Shown: piece after piece, positions 46,279 through 55,964 of the stretch
Position numbering within the stretch: position 1 is the first letter of the stretch
Layout of the letters: each line of letters begins with the position of its first letter
Assembly (NCBI GenBank): GCA_963666565.1
Contig: OY762911.1
Span: 576,001 to 640,000, forward strand
Length of the DNA stretch: 64,000 nucleotides
Reading direction: 5' to 3'
Source of the DNA: Thermoanaerobaculia bacterium
Lineage (GTDB): Bacteria; Acidobacteriota; Thermoanaerobaculia; Multivoradales; Multivoraceae
Notes under the pieces: generated by a model
The model's database searches: none
What the model saw: only the letters and a program-made list of their open reading frames with translations
Told to the model about the DNA's origin: nothing
Made by a program: the position numbers and the translations under genes

Positions 46279-47166
46279 GTGGACGAGACGCCGGCAGACC
46301 CGACCTCCGGAGATCCGGCGCGGCCGCCGATTTCGGCCCTGGTCACCACTTACAACGAGGAACGCCACATCGCCGACTGCCTGGCGTCCCTCGACTGGTG
46401 CGACGAGGTGCTCGTCGTCGACTCCTTCTCGACCGACCGCACGCCGGAGATCGCGCGCCGGTGCGAGCGCGCCCGCTTCGTGCAGCGCACCTACTACGGC
46501 TCCGCCTCGCAGAAGAACTGGGCGATGGACCAGACCCAGAACGAGTGGGTGCTCATCCTCGACGCCGACGAGCGCTGCACGCCCGAGCTTCGGGCGGAGA
46601 TCGAGGCCCTGTTCCGCGACGGCGAACCGGCCCACGAGGCCTACACGATCAAGCGCCGCGTGTTCTTCCTGGGCAAGGTGATCCGCTTCTCCGGCTGGCA
46701 GCACGACCGCGTGGTCCGGCTGCTCCGGCGCGACGCCGGCCGCTACCCGAACCGCCGCGTCCACGCCGACATGTGGACCCGGACGCCGGCGCACGTGCTG
46801 CGGCGCCCCATGGACCACTTCATGGTCGACGACCTGCTCTCCTACTCCCGGAGGATCCAGCGCTACAGTTGGTGGGGCGCGGCGCAGCTCTGGCGGGACG
46901 GTCGCCGGTCCGGCGCAACCGAGGTCCTGGGCCGTTCGCTCTGGCGTTTCCTGCGCACCTACGGCCTGCAGTTCGGCATCCTCGACGGCATGCGCGGCCT
47001 CGTGTTCTGCCTGCTCCAGGCCTACGGCACCTATCTCAAGTGGTCCTACGTCTGGTCCTGGCGCGTGAACCGGCGCCGCGGCATCGAGCCGCCCCTGCCG
47101 TCCTTCGACGACAGCAAGAGCACCTGGCGCGGCCTGACCGAACTCGAACCCGGAACCGCCAAGTAG
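46279..47166 (+). CDS. Glycosyltransferase family 2 (WaaE/KdtX-like)
   Basis: TYNEE, VVDSFSTDRT, QKN, ILDADE, VH, GILDG. Confidence 0.9.
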   Translation: MDETPADPTSGDPARPPISALVTTYNEERHIADCLASLDWCDEVLVVDSFSTDRTPEIARRCERARFVQRTYYGSASQKNWAMDQTQNEWVLILDADERCTPELRAEIEALFRDGEPAHEAYTIKRRVFFLGKVIRFSGWQHDRVVRLLRRDAGRYPNRRVHADMWTRTPAHVLRRPMDHFMVDDLLSYSRRIQRYSWWGAAQLWRDGRRSGATEVLGRSLWRFLRTYGLQFGILDGMRGLVFCLLQAYGTYLKWSYVWSWRVNRRRGIEPPLPSFDDSKSTWRGLTELEPGTAK

Positions 47167-47181
47167 CGCGGCTCACCGCGG

Positions 47182-47323
47182 CCGGGTGCGCGGGTTCTCC
47201 GACCCACCGGGTGCGCGGGTCTGTCATCCGTGCGCCCGCTGACGGGCGCACGGACTGAGACGCGTGTGGCGCGGATCGCGCCACACGGGTGCCGACCCGC
47301 TGCCGCCGAAGGCGGCCAGGAAT
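47182..47323. repeat. Short REP plus long composite REP element
   Basis: Short copy 47182-47205; long copy 47207-47323 with internal hairpins ccgtgcgcccg-ctga-cgggcgcacgg and gtgtggcgcg-gat-cgcgccacac; second copy at 53325-53442. Confidence 0.85.
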
Positions 47324-47331
47324 CCGCCGGT

Positions 47332-48123
47332 CTACCGCCCAGGCTCCTCGATCAGCAGCGACTCGATCCCCGTCGCCCTGCCCGTCGTCTCGTCCGCGTC
47401 GACCAGCGCCGCCGCCAGGCGGACGTCCCGCTTCGCCACCTCGAAGCCGGCCCGCGTGTTCAGCAGGAACCGCTTGAGCGCCTTGTCGGCGCGCACGCCG
47501 ATCACCGAGTCGTAAGGACCGGTCATGCCGACGTCCGTCATCAGGGCCGTGCCGCTCCTGAGGATGCGGGCGTCGGCGGTGGGGACGTGGGTGTGGGTGC
47601 CGAGCACCGCGGTCACCCGGCCGTCGAGGTAGTGCGCGAACGCCTGCTTCTCGCTCGTCGCCTCGGCGTGGAAGTCGACGATGACGATCCGGATCGCCGG
47701 GTCCAGGTCCGCCAGGATCGAGTCGGCGGCGGCGAAAGGCGAGGGGAGCGGCTTCATGAAGGTCTGGCCCTCCAGGTTGATCACCGCGTACGGAGTGCCC
47801 ACCGGCAGCTCGCCGACGAAGACCCCGACCCCGGGGTTACCCTCCGGGTAGTTCGCGGGCCGCAGCAGGTTGGGCATCCGGTCGTAGTACGGCACGCCCT
47901 CCTTCTTGTCCCAGGCGTGGTTGCCGGTCGTCATGCAGTCGATCGGCAGCGCAGAGAGTTCCTTGAGCACCCCGGGCGTCACGCCGCTGCCGCCGGCGGC
48001 GTTCTCGACGTTGACCACCGCGGCGTCGACCCGGTGGCGATCGATCAGCTCCGGCAGCAGGCGCGACAGCGCCCGGCGCCCCGGCTTGCCGACCACGTCG
48101 CCGACGAAGAGGAAGCGCGCCAT
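47332..48123 (-). CDS. YmdB/TIGR00282 metallophosphoesterase
   Basis: GDVVGKPG, NVENAAGG, TGNH, DFHAEATSEK, GTHTHV, TDVGMTG. Confidence 0.93.
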   Translation of the reverse strand: MARFLFVGDVVGKPGRRALSRLLPELIDRHRVDAAVVNVENAAGGSGVTPGVLKELSALPIDCMTTGNHAWDKKEGVPYYDRMPNLLRPANYPEGNPGVGVFVGELPVGTPYAVINLEGQTFMKPLPSPFAAADSILADLDPAIRIVIVDFHAEATSEKQAFAHYLDGRVTAVLGTHTHVPTADARILRSGTALMTDVGMTGPYDSVIGVRADKALKRFLLNTRAGFEVAKRDVRLAAALVDADETTGRATGIESLLIEEPGR

Positions 48124-48127
48124 CGTC

Positions 48128-49696
48128 TCAGCGGGCGTACTCGATCGACCGCGATTCCCGGATCACGGTGACCTTGATCTGGCCCGGATAGGTGAGTTCG
48201 CTCTCGATCCGGCGCGCCACGTCGCGGCTGAGCCAGACCGCCTGCTCGTCGCTGACCTCCTTGCAGTCGACGATGACCCGCACTTCGCGGCCGGCCTGGA
48301 TCGCGTAGCTCTTCCGGACGCCCTTGAACTCCGCCGCCAGGTCCTCCAGCTTCTTCAGCCGCTTCGTGTAGCTCTCCAGGACCTCCCGCCGGGCGCCGGG
48401 ACGGGCGGCGGACACCGCGTCGGCGGCGGTGACGAGGACCGCCTCGACCGTCTCCGGGTCGTAGTCGCCGTGGTGGCAGGCCATCGCGTGGACGACCTCC
48501 TCGCTCTCGCCGTAGCGGCGGAGCAGGTCGATGCCGATCTCGAGGTGGGTGCCGTCGATCTCCCGGTCCACCGCCTTGCCGATGTCATGGACCAGGCCCG
48601 CGCGTTTGGCAACGTGGACGTCGGCCTTCAGCTCGCCCGCCATGACGCCGGCCAGGTAGGCGACCTCCTTGCTGTGCTGCAGCACGTTCTGGCCGTACGA
48701 CGTGCGGAACCGCAGCCGGCCCAGCAGCGTGACGAGGTCCGGATGAAGGCCGGACAGGTTCAGCTCCAGCAGCGCCTCGCTGCCCTCGCGCTGCACCCGG
48801 TCCTCGAACTCCGACTTGACCTTGGCGGCGACTTCCTCGATGCGGGCGGGGTGGATGCGGCCGTCGGCGATCAGCCGTTCCAGGGTGACGCGCGCGATCT
48901 CCCGGCGGAACGGGTCGAAGCCGGAGAGGATGACCGCCTCCGGCGTGTCGTCGACGATCAGGTCGACGCCGGTGGTCAGTTCCAGGGCGCGGATGTTCCG
49001 TCCTTCGCGGCCGATGATCCGCCCCTTCATCTCGTCGTTCGGCAGCATGACGACCGAGACCGTGGTCTCCGAAACGTAGTCGGACGCCGAACGCTCGATG
49101 GCGAGGCTGACGATGCGCTGGGCCTCGCGCTGCGCCGACTCCCGCGCCTCGTCCTCGATCCGTTTCGCCAGGTGCGCGGCCTCCATCCGCACCTCGTGCT
49201 CCAGGCTGTGGCTCAGTTCCTCGCGGGCCTGCTGGACCGTCAGGCCGGAAACCCGTTCGAGCTGACGGCGGACCTCCTCCAGCCGCTGCGCGGCTTCGGC
49301 GCGTTCCGCTTCGAGTTCGCCCTGGGCATCCCCGAGCGCCCGCTGCCGGCCGTTCAGTTCCCGCTCGAGCGACTCCAGCGCCGCGGACTTCTCGCGGGAT
49401 CGCGCGCGGCGCTCGTTCAGCTTCCGCTCGCGCTCCTCCATCGCCCGGCGCTGCTCCGAGGTGGAGCGTTCGAACTCGGAGCGCAACGTGAGCAACTCCT
49501 CCTTCGCCGACAACTCCTGCTGCCGGCGCCGCGCGGCGCACTCGCGCTCGGTCTCTTCGACGAGGACGCCGGCCTGGCGCCTCGCCTCTTCGATCAGCTT
49601 CGCGGCGCTACGCCGTCCGACAAGGCTCCAAAGCAACCAGGCCGCCGCCAGCGTCGCCAGGGCGGCGCCCGCGACAATGAGAGTGAGTTCGGTCAT
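48128..49696 (-). CDS. rny: Ribonuclease Y
   Basis: TM helix, coiled coil, [18 protein letters not shown] motif HDIGK, ARPGAR, QAGRE. Confidence 0.97.
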   Translation of the reverse strand: MTELTLIVAGAALATLAAAWLLWSLVGRRSAAKLIEEARRQAGVLVEETERECAARRRQQELSAKEELLTLRSEFERSTSEQRRAMEERERKLNERRARSREKSAALESLERELNGRQRALGDAQGELEAERAEAAQRLEEVRRQLERVSGLTVQQAREELSHSLEHEVRMEAAHLAKRIEDEARESAQREAQRIVSLAIERSASDYVSETTVSVVMLPNDEMKGRIIGREGRNIRALELTTGVDLIVDDTPEAVILSGFDPFRREIARVTLERLIADGRIHPARIEEVAAKVKSEFEDRVQREGSEALLELNLSGLHPDLVTLLGRLRFRTSYGQNVLQHSKEVAYLAGVMAGELKADVHVAKRAGLVHDIGKAVDREIDGTHLEIGIDLLRRYGESEEVVHAMACHHGDYDPETVEAVLVTAADAVSAARPGARREVLESYTKRLKKLEDLAAEFKGVRKSYAIQAGREVRVIVDCKEVSDEQAVWLSRDVARRIESELTYPGQIKVTVIRESRSIEYAR

Positions 49697-49719
49697 CGGC
49701 CCTCGATACGGGCAAAAGG

Positions 49720-49907
49720 GCATCCCCCGCGGGGCCGTGTGAACGAGCCCCGACAAAGAACCAGAGCGGGACCAGGTGGGTGTCCGCGCCACCCGCCGTC
49801 AGCGTCCCCGTTCGAGCGGGGCTGGCACGGGCGAGCGGTTGAAGGACTCCCTTGACAAGAGCGATGGTTCCAACCACGGCTTTCATCACGAACCGCGCAG
49901 GGGATGC
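49720..49907 (-). ncRNA. ssrS: 6S RNA
   Basis: About 188 nt with complementary ends (gcatcccctgcgc...gcgggggatgc) forming a rod; canonical zapA-6S-rny position. Confidence 0.85.
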
Positions 49908-49931
49908 AAGGTCATTACGTTTCGGGCACGG

Positions 49932-50252
49932 TCAGGCGTCGACTGCGGCTTCCAGCTCGGAGGTCAGGCTCGACACCCGCGCCACCAGTTCCCGGTAGCG
50001 CTCGTCGCCGGCCTCCTCGCCGCCGTTGCCGGCCTCGTTGGCGAGATTCAGGGCGGCGAGGACGGCGACCTGGTTCGGTTCCAGGTCAGGCGCCTGATCG
50101 GCCACCTCCCGCATCTTGCGGTCCACCCTCTCCGCGAGTACGCGAAGCCGGCCCGCATCCACCGTCCCGTCCTCGCGGAGAGAGTACGAAACGCCGAAGA
50201 TCTCGACCGCGACAGTCGTCGCAACTTCCTCCTGGCGTTCGTCTTGGGCCAT
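49932..50252 (-). CDS. zapA: Cell division protein ZapA
   Basis: VEIFGVSYSL, LAERVDRKM, AVLAALNLA. Confidence 0.88.
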   Translation of the reverse strand: MAQDERQEEVATTVAVEIFGVSYSLREDGTVDAGRLRVLAERVDRKMREVADQAPDLEPNQVAVLAALNLANEAGNGGEEAGDERYRELVARVSSLTSELEAAVDA

Positions 50253-50309
50253 TCCTCGACACCTCGGTGGGCCGGCACTATACCAGCCCGTCAAGGGAGC
50301 CGGTCCCTG

Positions 50310-50334
50310 CCGGTGCGCGGGTCTTTGGACCGGC
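50310..50334. repeat. Degenerate REP-like copy
   Basis: ccggtgcgcgggtctttggaccggc. Confidence 0.55.
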
Positions 50335-50379
50335 CAGCCCGTCAGGCCGGCTCCTTGAGGGCGACCAGTGCCGTGCGCG

Positions 50380-50595
50380 TCAGGAATCGCTCTCGGCGAG
50401 CAGCTCCTCGAGTCCGTCCGCCAGGGCTTCGACCCGCTGGCCGATCTCGGACCGCTCCTCGGCGGCCCGCTTCTCCGCCGCCTCGAGGTCGGCGGTCAGC
50501 TTCCGGTTCCGCTCCCGCTCCGCCGCCAGCGCCTCCGCGGCGCGCCGGACCGCCTCCTCGAGGCGGGCGACGGCGTCGGCGGCTTCCTCGGACAT
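50380..50595 (-). CDS. ZapB-like small coiled-coil protein
   Basis: 71-aa heptad pattern upstream of zapA; start overlaps the rplT stop. Confidence 0.65.
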   Translation of the reverse strand: MSEEAADAVARLEEAVRRAAEALAAERERNRKLTADLEAAEKRAAEERSEIGQRVEALADGLEELLAESDS

Positions 50596-50978
50596 CAGGA
50601 CGAGGCGCCCGAACCGGCGCCCGCTTCGAGCGCTCCCCGCGCGGCCGCGGCGACGGCGGCGAATCCCTCGGCGTCCCGCACCGCGAGATCGGCGAGCATC
50701 TTCCGGTTCAACTCGACGCCGGCAAGCCGGAGTCCCGACATCAGCCGGCTGTAGGACAGCCCGTTCAGCCGCGCGGCGGCGTTGATCCGGACGATCCAGA
50801 GACTCCGGAACTGGCGCTTCCGCTGCCGCCGGTCGCGGTACGCGTAGGCGAGCGACCGGTCGACCGCCTGCTTCGCTATCCGGTGGCCCTTCGACTTGAC
50901 GCCGTAGTAGCCCTTCGCCTGCTTGAGAATCTTCTTCCGCCGGCGGGCTCGCCGGCTACCCCGCTTCACTCTTGCCAT
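50595..50978 (-). CDS. rplT: 50S ribosomal protein L20
   Basis: MARVKRG...AKGYYG...YAYRDRR...LWIVRINAA...LNRKMLA. Confidence 0.98.
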   Translation of the reverse strand: MARVKRGSRRARRRKKILKQAKGYYGVKSKGHRIAKQAVDRSLAYAYRDRRQRKRQFRSLWIVRINAAARLNGLSYSRLMSGLRLAGVELNRKMLADLAVRDAEGFAAVAAAARGALEAGAGSGASS

Positions 50979-51090
50979 CGTCTCCGCCCCCGTAGCTCCC
51001 GTTCAGGCGGTCGGGCCGCCGGAACCCCTGCCGCGGCGTTCCGGTCCCGGTGCAACCCGCCTCGCCGGACGCCTGCGCGCAGGCGTCTCG

Positions 51091-51282
51091 TCAGTTGAGC
51101 ATCCCCTTGATCGCCTTGGCGAAACCGCCGGCGACGTCTGCCTGCTTGCGCAGCTTCCGCTTCCGGCCCTGCGCCTTCTTGGTCTGCATGTGGTTCATCA
51201 TCGAGTGCCTGCGCTTCACCTTGCCCTTGGCGGTGAGCTTGAAGCGCTTGGCCGCTCCACGGTGCGTCTTCTGCTTGGGCAT
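51091..51282 (-). CDS. rpmI: 50S ribosomal protein L35
   Basis: [24 protein letters not shown]. Confidence 0.97.
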   Translation of the reverse strand: MPKQKTHRGAAKRFKLTAKGKVKRRHSMMNHMQTKKAQGRKRKLRKQADVAGGFAKAIKGMLN

Positions 51283-51551
51283 TCCAGAGCCTCCTGTGGG
51301 GCTCGGAGGAGCCGCCGAACGGCGCATGTTAGCCGGAAACGCGGCTCCGGGCTAGTGGCGCGGGCGCGACGACGGCAGCGCAACGACGGCGGTTCAGGCC
51401 GCCGGCGTTGGGACCGGAGGGGGAGGGTCCCGCCGCTGGCTGGACGTCGTCGGGCCGCGCCAACAGCGGCGCGGCAGGGCAGCTGTCGCGGCCACGAACC
51501 CCGCGCACAGGCAGCCGCGCCGGCTACGACCCCCTGTGCGACAATGAACGC

Positions 51552-53144
51552 GTGCGCTTCTTCAACACGGAGGGGCCGGTACGGGCCGAGGATCACTACT
51601 GCATCCCGCCGCTGGATCGCCTCGATCTCGAGGAGGTTCTCGCCCTCATCCGGCAGAAGCGCTACTTCGTCCTCCACGCGCCCAGGCAAACGGGGAAGAC
51701 CTCCGCGCTGCTGGCTCTGCGCGACCTGCTCAACGGCGGTCGGGCCGGCGACTACCGGTGCCTCTACGCGAACTTCGAGGTAGCCCAGGCGGCGCGGGAA
51801 GACCTCGACCGGGCGATGCGGGCGATCCTCGCCCAGTTGGGCGGCAGGGCACGCCGCTCACTCGGCGACGAGTCGCTCGACCGCGCCTGGCCGGAGGCGC
51901 TCGACCAGGGAGGCCCCGACGCGGCCCTGAAGGAGACCCTCAGCCGGTTCTGCGAGGCCGACTCCCGTCCGGTCGTGCTGCTGATCGACGAAATCGACTC
52001 GCTGGTCGGCGACTCCCTGCTCTCCGTCCTGCGCCAATTGCGCGCCGGCTACGACGAACGCCCGGAGGCGTTTCCGCAGAGCATCGTCCTCTGCGGGGTG
52101 CGCGACGTGCGCGACTACCGCATCCGGTCGAGCGCCGAAGGCGCGGTCGTGCTCGGCGGCAGCGCCTTCAACGTGAAGGCGCGGTCTCTCCGGCTGGGCG
52201 ATTTCACCGAAGAGGAGACGATTGCCCTCCTCCGTCAGCATACGGAAGAGACCGGACAGACCTTCGAACCGGCGGCCATCGAACTGGTTCATCGGCGGAC
52301 GGCCGGCCAACCGTGGCTCGTGAACGCGCTCTGCCGCGAAGCGTGCTTCGACGACGAGGCGGGGCGCGACCGCTCCCGGCCGGTCACCGGGGTGTCCGTG
52401 CTGCGGGCGCAGGAAACTCTGATCGCGTCGCGGGAAACGCATCTCGACAACCTGGCCGACAAGCTCCGCGACGACCGCGTGCGCCGGGTCGTCGCGCCGA
52501 TGCTCGCCGGCGACGATTCGCGGCGCGCCTACGCGGAACGGGACCGCGACCTGGAGTACGCGCGCGACCTCGGCCTGGTCGCCCGCGGCGGACCGCCGAG
52601 AATCGCCAACCCGATCTACGCGGAGGTCGTCCCTCGCGAACTGACCTTCGTGACCCAGGACGACATCCCTCACGAGGCCGCCTGGTACGTGGACGCCCAA
52701 GGCGGCCTGGACGTGGACCGTCTCATGGCCGCCTTCCAGGAGTTCTTCCGCCAGAACAGCGAGCACTGGGTTCAGCGCTTCGACCGCTATCACGAGGCGG
52801 GACCGCAACTCCTCCTGCAGGCCTTCCTCCACCGGATCGTCAACGGCGGCGGCCGTCTCGAACGCGAGTACGCCCTGGGCCGCGGCCGGGTCGACCTGCT
52901 CATCCTCTGGCCCGGGGCCCACCGGGAACAGCGCACCGTCGTCGAGTGCAAGGTCCGCCGGGGCGACCTCGAGCGTTGCATCGCCGAAGGCGTCGACCAG
53001 ACCCGCGGCTACATGGACCGCTGCGGCGCCGACGCCGGCCACCTCGTCGTGTTCGACCGTTCGCCCGACCGCACCTGGAAACAGAAGCTCTTTCGCCGGG
53101 CGCCCTCAGGCGAGGGCGCGCCGGTCACCGTGTGGGGGATGTAG
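51552..53144 (+). CDS. AAA-like P-loop ATPase fused to C-terminal PD-(D/E)XK nuclease
   Basis: RFFNTEGP start; APRQTGKTS; VLLIDEID; EREYALGRGRVDL...VVECK. Confidence 0.88.
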   Translation: MRFFNTEGPVRAEDHYCIPPLDRLDLEEVLALIRQKRYFVLHAPRQTGKTSALLALRDLLNGGRAGDYRCLYANFEVAQAAREDLDRAMRAILAQLGGRARRSLGDESLDRAWPEALDQGGPDAALKETLSRFCEADSRPVVLLIDEIDSLVGDSLLSVLRQLRAGYDERPEAFPQSIVLCGVRDVRDYRIRSSAEGAVVLGGSAFNVKARSLRLGDFTEEETIALLRQHTEETGQTFEPAAIELVHRRTAGQPWLVNALCREACFDDEAGRDRSRPVTGVSVLRAQETLIASRETHLDNLADKLRDDRVRRVVAPMLAGDDSRRAYAERDRDLEYARDLGLVARGGPPRIANPIYAEVVPRELTFVTQDDIPHEAAWYVDAQGGLDVDRLMAAFQEFFRQNSEHWVQRFDRYHEAGPQLLLQAFLHRIVNGGGRLEREYALGRGRVDLLILWPGAHREQRTVVECKVRRGDLERCIAEGVDQTRGYMDRCGADAGHLVVFDRSPDRTWKQKLFRRAPSGEGAPVTVWGM

Positions 53145-53324
53145 GGGAAGGACACCAAGCGACATGACGGCGGCGGACTGCGCCGCCAGCAGCGGTTGTG
53201 CCGCCGGCAACGGAGCCGGCTGGACGACGTCGCGCCGCGTGGCCCGGAACCGGAGTGACACAAGTCCCGCGCGCGGGTCCGTCTCAGCTGAATGGCCGCG
53301 TCTCAGTGCGTGTCGCGGTGGGTG

Positions 53325-53442
53325 CCGGTGCGCGGGTCTGCCATCCGTGCGCCCGCCGACGGGCGCACGGCCTGAGATGCGTTCGCCGCGGATCGCGCTT
53401 AAACAGGTGCTGACCCGCTGCCGTCGAAGGCGGCTAAGGAGT
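53325..53442. repeat. Long composite REP element (copy 2)
   Basis: Colinear with 47207-47323. Confidence 0.85.
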
Positions 53443-53443
53443 C

Positions 53444-54109
53444 TCAAGCGGTGCGCGTCGTACGGCAGCGTCTCCAGTTCCGGGTCCAGTGCCGATCCGT
53501 CTGGACGTGGCCCGCCCGGACGCTCTTGCACACCGACCGGCTGAACTCGGACGCCGGAAACGAGTGCGCCAGCCGAACGACGACGCCTTCTCGTTCGCCG
53601 CCCAGGGCCGAGGGCTCCGCTTGGGCCTCTTCCACGAAGCCGCGCAGGTCGTTCTCCGACCGGAAGACACCCTCGAAGAGGACCGGCACCACCGGAATCT
53701 CGCGCTGTCCCGCGAACTCGGCGAGTTCCTTGAAGGACGCGAAGCGATCGCTGTCGTCCCGGAGGGCGAAGGCGTAGAACGTCTCGTCCTCCCGTACCGG
53801 CTCGTATTCGATGCTGTGGACGCCGTAGATGTCCTCGCCGTAGAGGAAAACGTCGGGCTCGGTGAGCTTCCAGGCGTGGTACTTCTTCACCATCGCCATC
53901 CAATTGGCCGACGTCGGAGCGCTCACGCTGCGCCCGTAGACGGCGCGCCGGTGCAACAGCGTGCTGCTTCCGTCCAGCTTCTCCGTGACCACGACCGGCT
54001 CCCCAACAAAACGAGGGGCATCGACGAGACGGCCCGCGTCGCCAACGAAAGGCGAATAAGGCCAGTATGGCGTGCGGGGGTACTTGGATGGTGTAGCGGA
54101 CACGAGCAA
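53444..54109 (-). CDS. RNA ligase family protein (ATP-dependent nucleotidyltransferase)
   Basis: KYPRTP; motif I TEKLDG; LYGE; FYAF; motif IV EGVVVR; motif V KSV. Confidence 0.88.
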   Translation of the reverse strand: MLVSATPSKYPRTPYWPYSPFVGDAGRLVDAPRFVGEPVVVTEKLDGSSTLLHRRAVYGRSVSAPTSANWMAMVKKYHAWKLTEPDVFLYGEDIYGVHSIEYEPVREDETFYAFALRDDSDRFASFKELAEFAGQREIPVVPVLFEGVFRSENDLRGFVEEAQAEPSALGGEREGVVVRLAHSFPASEFSRSVCKSVRAGHVQTDRHWTRNWRRCRTTRTA

Positions 54110-54117
54110 ATCTCTTG

Positions 54118-54585
54118 CTACTCCCTACGCGGCTTCTCCTGGTACTGCGGACAGAGTTGAATGACGTTCACTTTCAACTTGGCCGTAACCGAATCGTTCA
54201 GCGTCCAATCGCTGTCGGTGGCGTTCAGAACCTCCGCGTGCGCCGAAGCAGCCGCAGCGAGGAACTTCCAGTCCTTGCCGAGCGTGTGTGGAGGGAGAGC
54301 GTCCTCGCAAACGGCAACGCGCGCTACTCGGTCCTCCACCCACTCGTTCGTACACACGTGCTTGAAAAAGGCTGTGCCCAGTCCGATCCCGTTCTCCAGT
54401 CCTCCCTGATACTCCCTGAGGATGAGGCGTCGATCATCGAGAACGACGACACCGCGCTCGACGACATTCATCAACGCCTCCACGCACGCCTTCTGGCACT
54501 CCAGGTTGACGTGTTCCGCGTCGCCATTCGCGGTCCTCGGGACGTTCGTGTCCACCACATAGGAGGCCCCCTTGACGATGCTCAT
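54118..54585 (-). CDS. PIN-like domain protein (putative ribonuclease)
   Basis: YVVDTNV, ILREY, DWKFLAAA, NATDSDW acidic pattern; ATG overlaps the ATPase stop (ATGA). Confidence 0.7.
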   Translation of the reverse strand: MSIVKGASYVVDTNVPRTANGDAEHVNLECQKACVEALMNVVERGVVVLDDRRLILREYQGGLENGIGLGTAFFKHVCTNEWVEDRVARVAVCEDALPPHTLGKDWKFLAAAASAHAEVLNATDSDWTLNDSVTAKLKVNVIQLCPQYQEKPRRE

Positions 54586-55964
54586 CGACTCTCGCGCATG
54601 CGCCGTTCCAGTCCAGCCCGCGTTGTCGCAGCAATCTCGCCCATCTCGTCGCCGAAGAATCTGTCGGGCCAGTTCTCGATGCCGCCCCACTCGTTGAGCC
54701 GAAGCGAATCCAAATCGGCCTTGCCGTCCCTTGAGCGGACGAAGTGGAGCTTCAAGTCCGACGCCGCAACGGCACCTTCTGCCACCCGACGCTGGAAACG
54801 ACGGAGGAGGTGTTCGCTATGACTCTCGACCACGATCTGCACGTTGCGGTGGTCAGCAACAGCGAGCATCACGTCCGCCAAACCGCTCTGGACCGAGGGA
54901 TGCAGATGCAGTTCCGGTTGCTCCATGAGAACAATGGAGCCTCGAGGCGCGTAGTAGAGAAGCACCAGAACCGGCAGGACTTGGGACACTCCGAAGCCTA
55001 CGTCGGTAAGAGTAGCCAGCGGGCTAGTCCTATGCCTCCTCACGAGAACTTGGTACCTCCTCGAACCTTCGGCCATTTCTTCGACCTGGAACGACTCGAT
55101 CAGCTCCAACTCTCGCAGCCAATGGGCGATTAGTTCCTGAAAGGTCATGTAGGGCGCATACTTCCGGATGTTCTGCTTGTCACCACGGTCCGTGGCGGCC
55201 AAGATCGCATCGATCGCAAACTCGCCGCTCTTGCCAACGCCATCACGGGCAACTCCCGTCCATCTATAGTCCCGCTGAGGATCTTGGCGAAGCGGTCCGA
55301 GATAGTAGATCTGGTCCATGAGGCTTTCGTAGGCATTCTCGAAGTCGCTGAGGAAGTCGGCATTCTGGAAGAGATACCGTGCCGCTCCCGGAAAGAGGTG
55401 CGTCTTCACCGGGTCAAAGCGCCTCGGGGGGCGACCTCGACCCCGGACGAACTCGAAGACTTGTTCCCCTCGAGTGGCTAGTTGGAACCTAGCTCCCAAG
55501 TTTCGCTGACGGAGTTCGAAGGTCGTGCCCGCGAATTCGTACGCCAAGTGCCTCATGGCAGGCCTGCCTTGGCGACCCGTTGCTAGCCCGACGCGCGCCT
55601 CTAGTTGAAGGTCTTGGCCAGCGAAGAGGGCCTCGCGAGAACTCGCGAGAGGATCGAGTATCCGGAGCTCGCGCGGAAGACGCCACCTCAACTTCCAGCG
55701 CATGTTTGGAAGTTCGTCCGCGGCTGCGCTACTCCTATGCACGGCTGTCTCGTACCCACCGAGGTCAACGAGGTCCGAGGGCCCGCCGAAGTCCAGAACC
55801 AGACTGCGATCCGTCGCGTTCTTGGTTTGCTTCAGCATCAGCAGAAACTGGAGCAGGCTGCTCTTGCCCGAGCTGTTCTCGCCAAACAGAGCCGTGATCT
55901 TGCCCAGCTCGATCTTCAGTTCTCGCCAAGCCTTGAAGTTCTCGAGATGGAGTTCCGTCAGCAT
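54582..55964 (-). CDS. ABC-type AAA_15/AAA_21 ATPase with DUF3696-like C-terminus
   Basis: LENFKA, GENSSGKSS, YLGPLR, VGFGVSQ, MEQPELHLHP, ESHS, NWPDRFF. Confidence 0.9.
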   Translation of the reverse strand: MLTELHLENFKAWRELKIELGKITALFGENSSGKSSLLQFLLMLKQTKNATDRSLVLDFGGPSDLVDLGGYETAVHRSSAAADELPNMRWKLRWRLPRELRILDPLASSREALFAGQDLQLEARVGLATGRQGRPAMRHLAYEFAGTTFELRQRNLGARFQLATRGEQVFEFVRGRGRPPRRFDPVKTHLFPGAARYLFQNADFLSDFENAYESLMDQIYYLGPLRQDPQRDYRWTGVARDGVGKSGEFAIDAILAATDRGDKQNIRKYAPYMTFQELIAHWLRELELIESFQVEEMAEGSRRYQVLVRRHRTSPLATLTDVGFGVSQVLPVLVLLYYAPRGSIVLMEQPELHLHPSVQSGLADVMLAVADHRNVQIVVESHSEHLLRRFQRRVAEGAVAASDLKLHFVRSRDGKADLDSLRLNEWGGIENWPDRFFGDEMGEIAATTRAGLERRMRESR

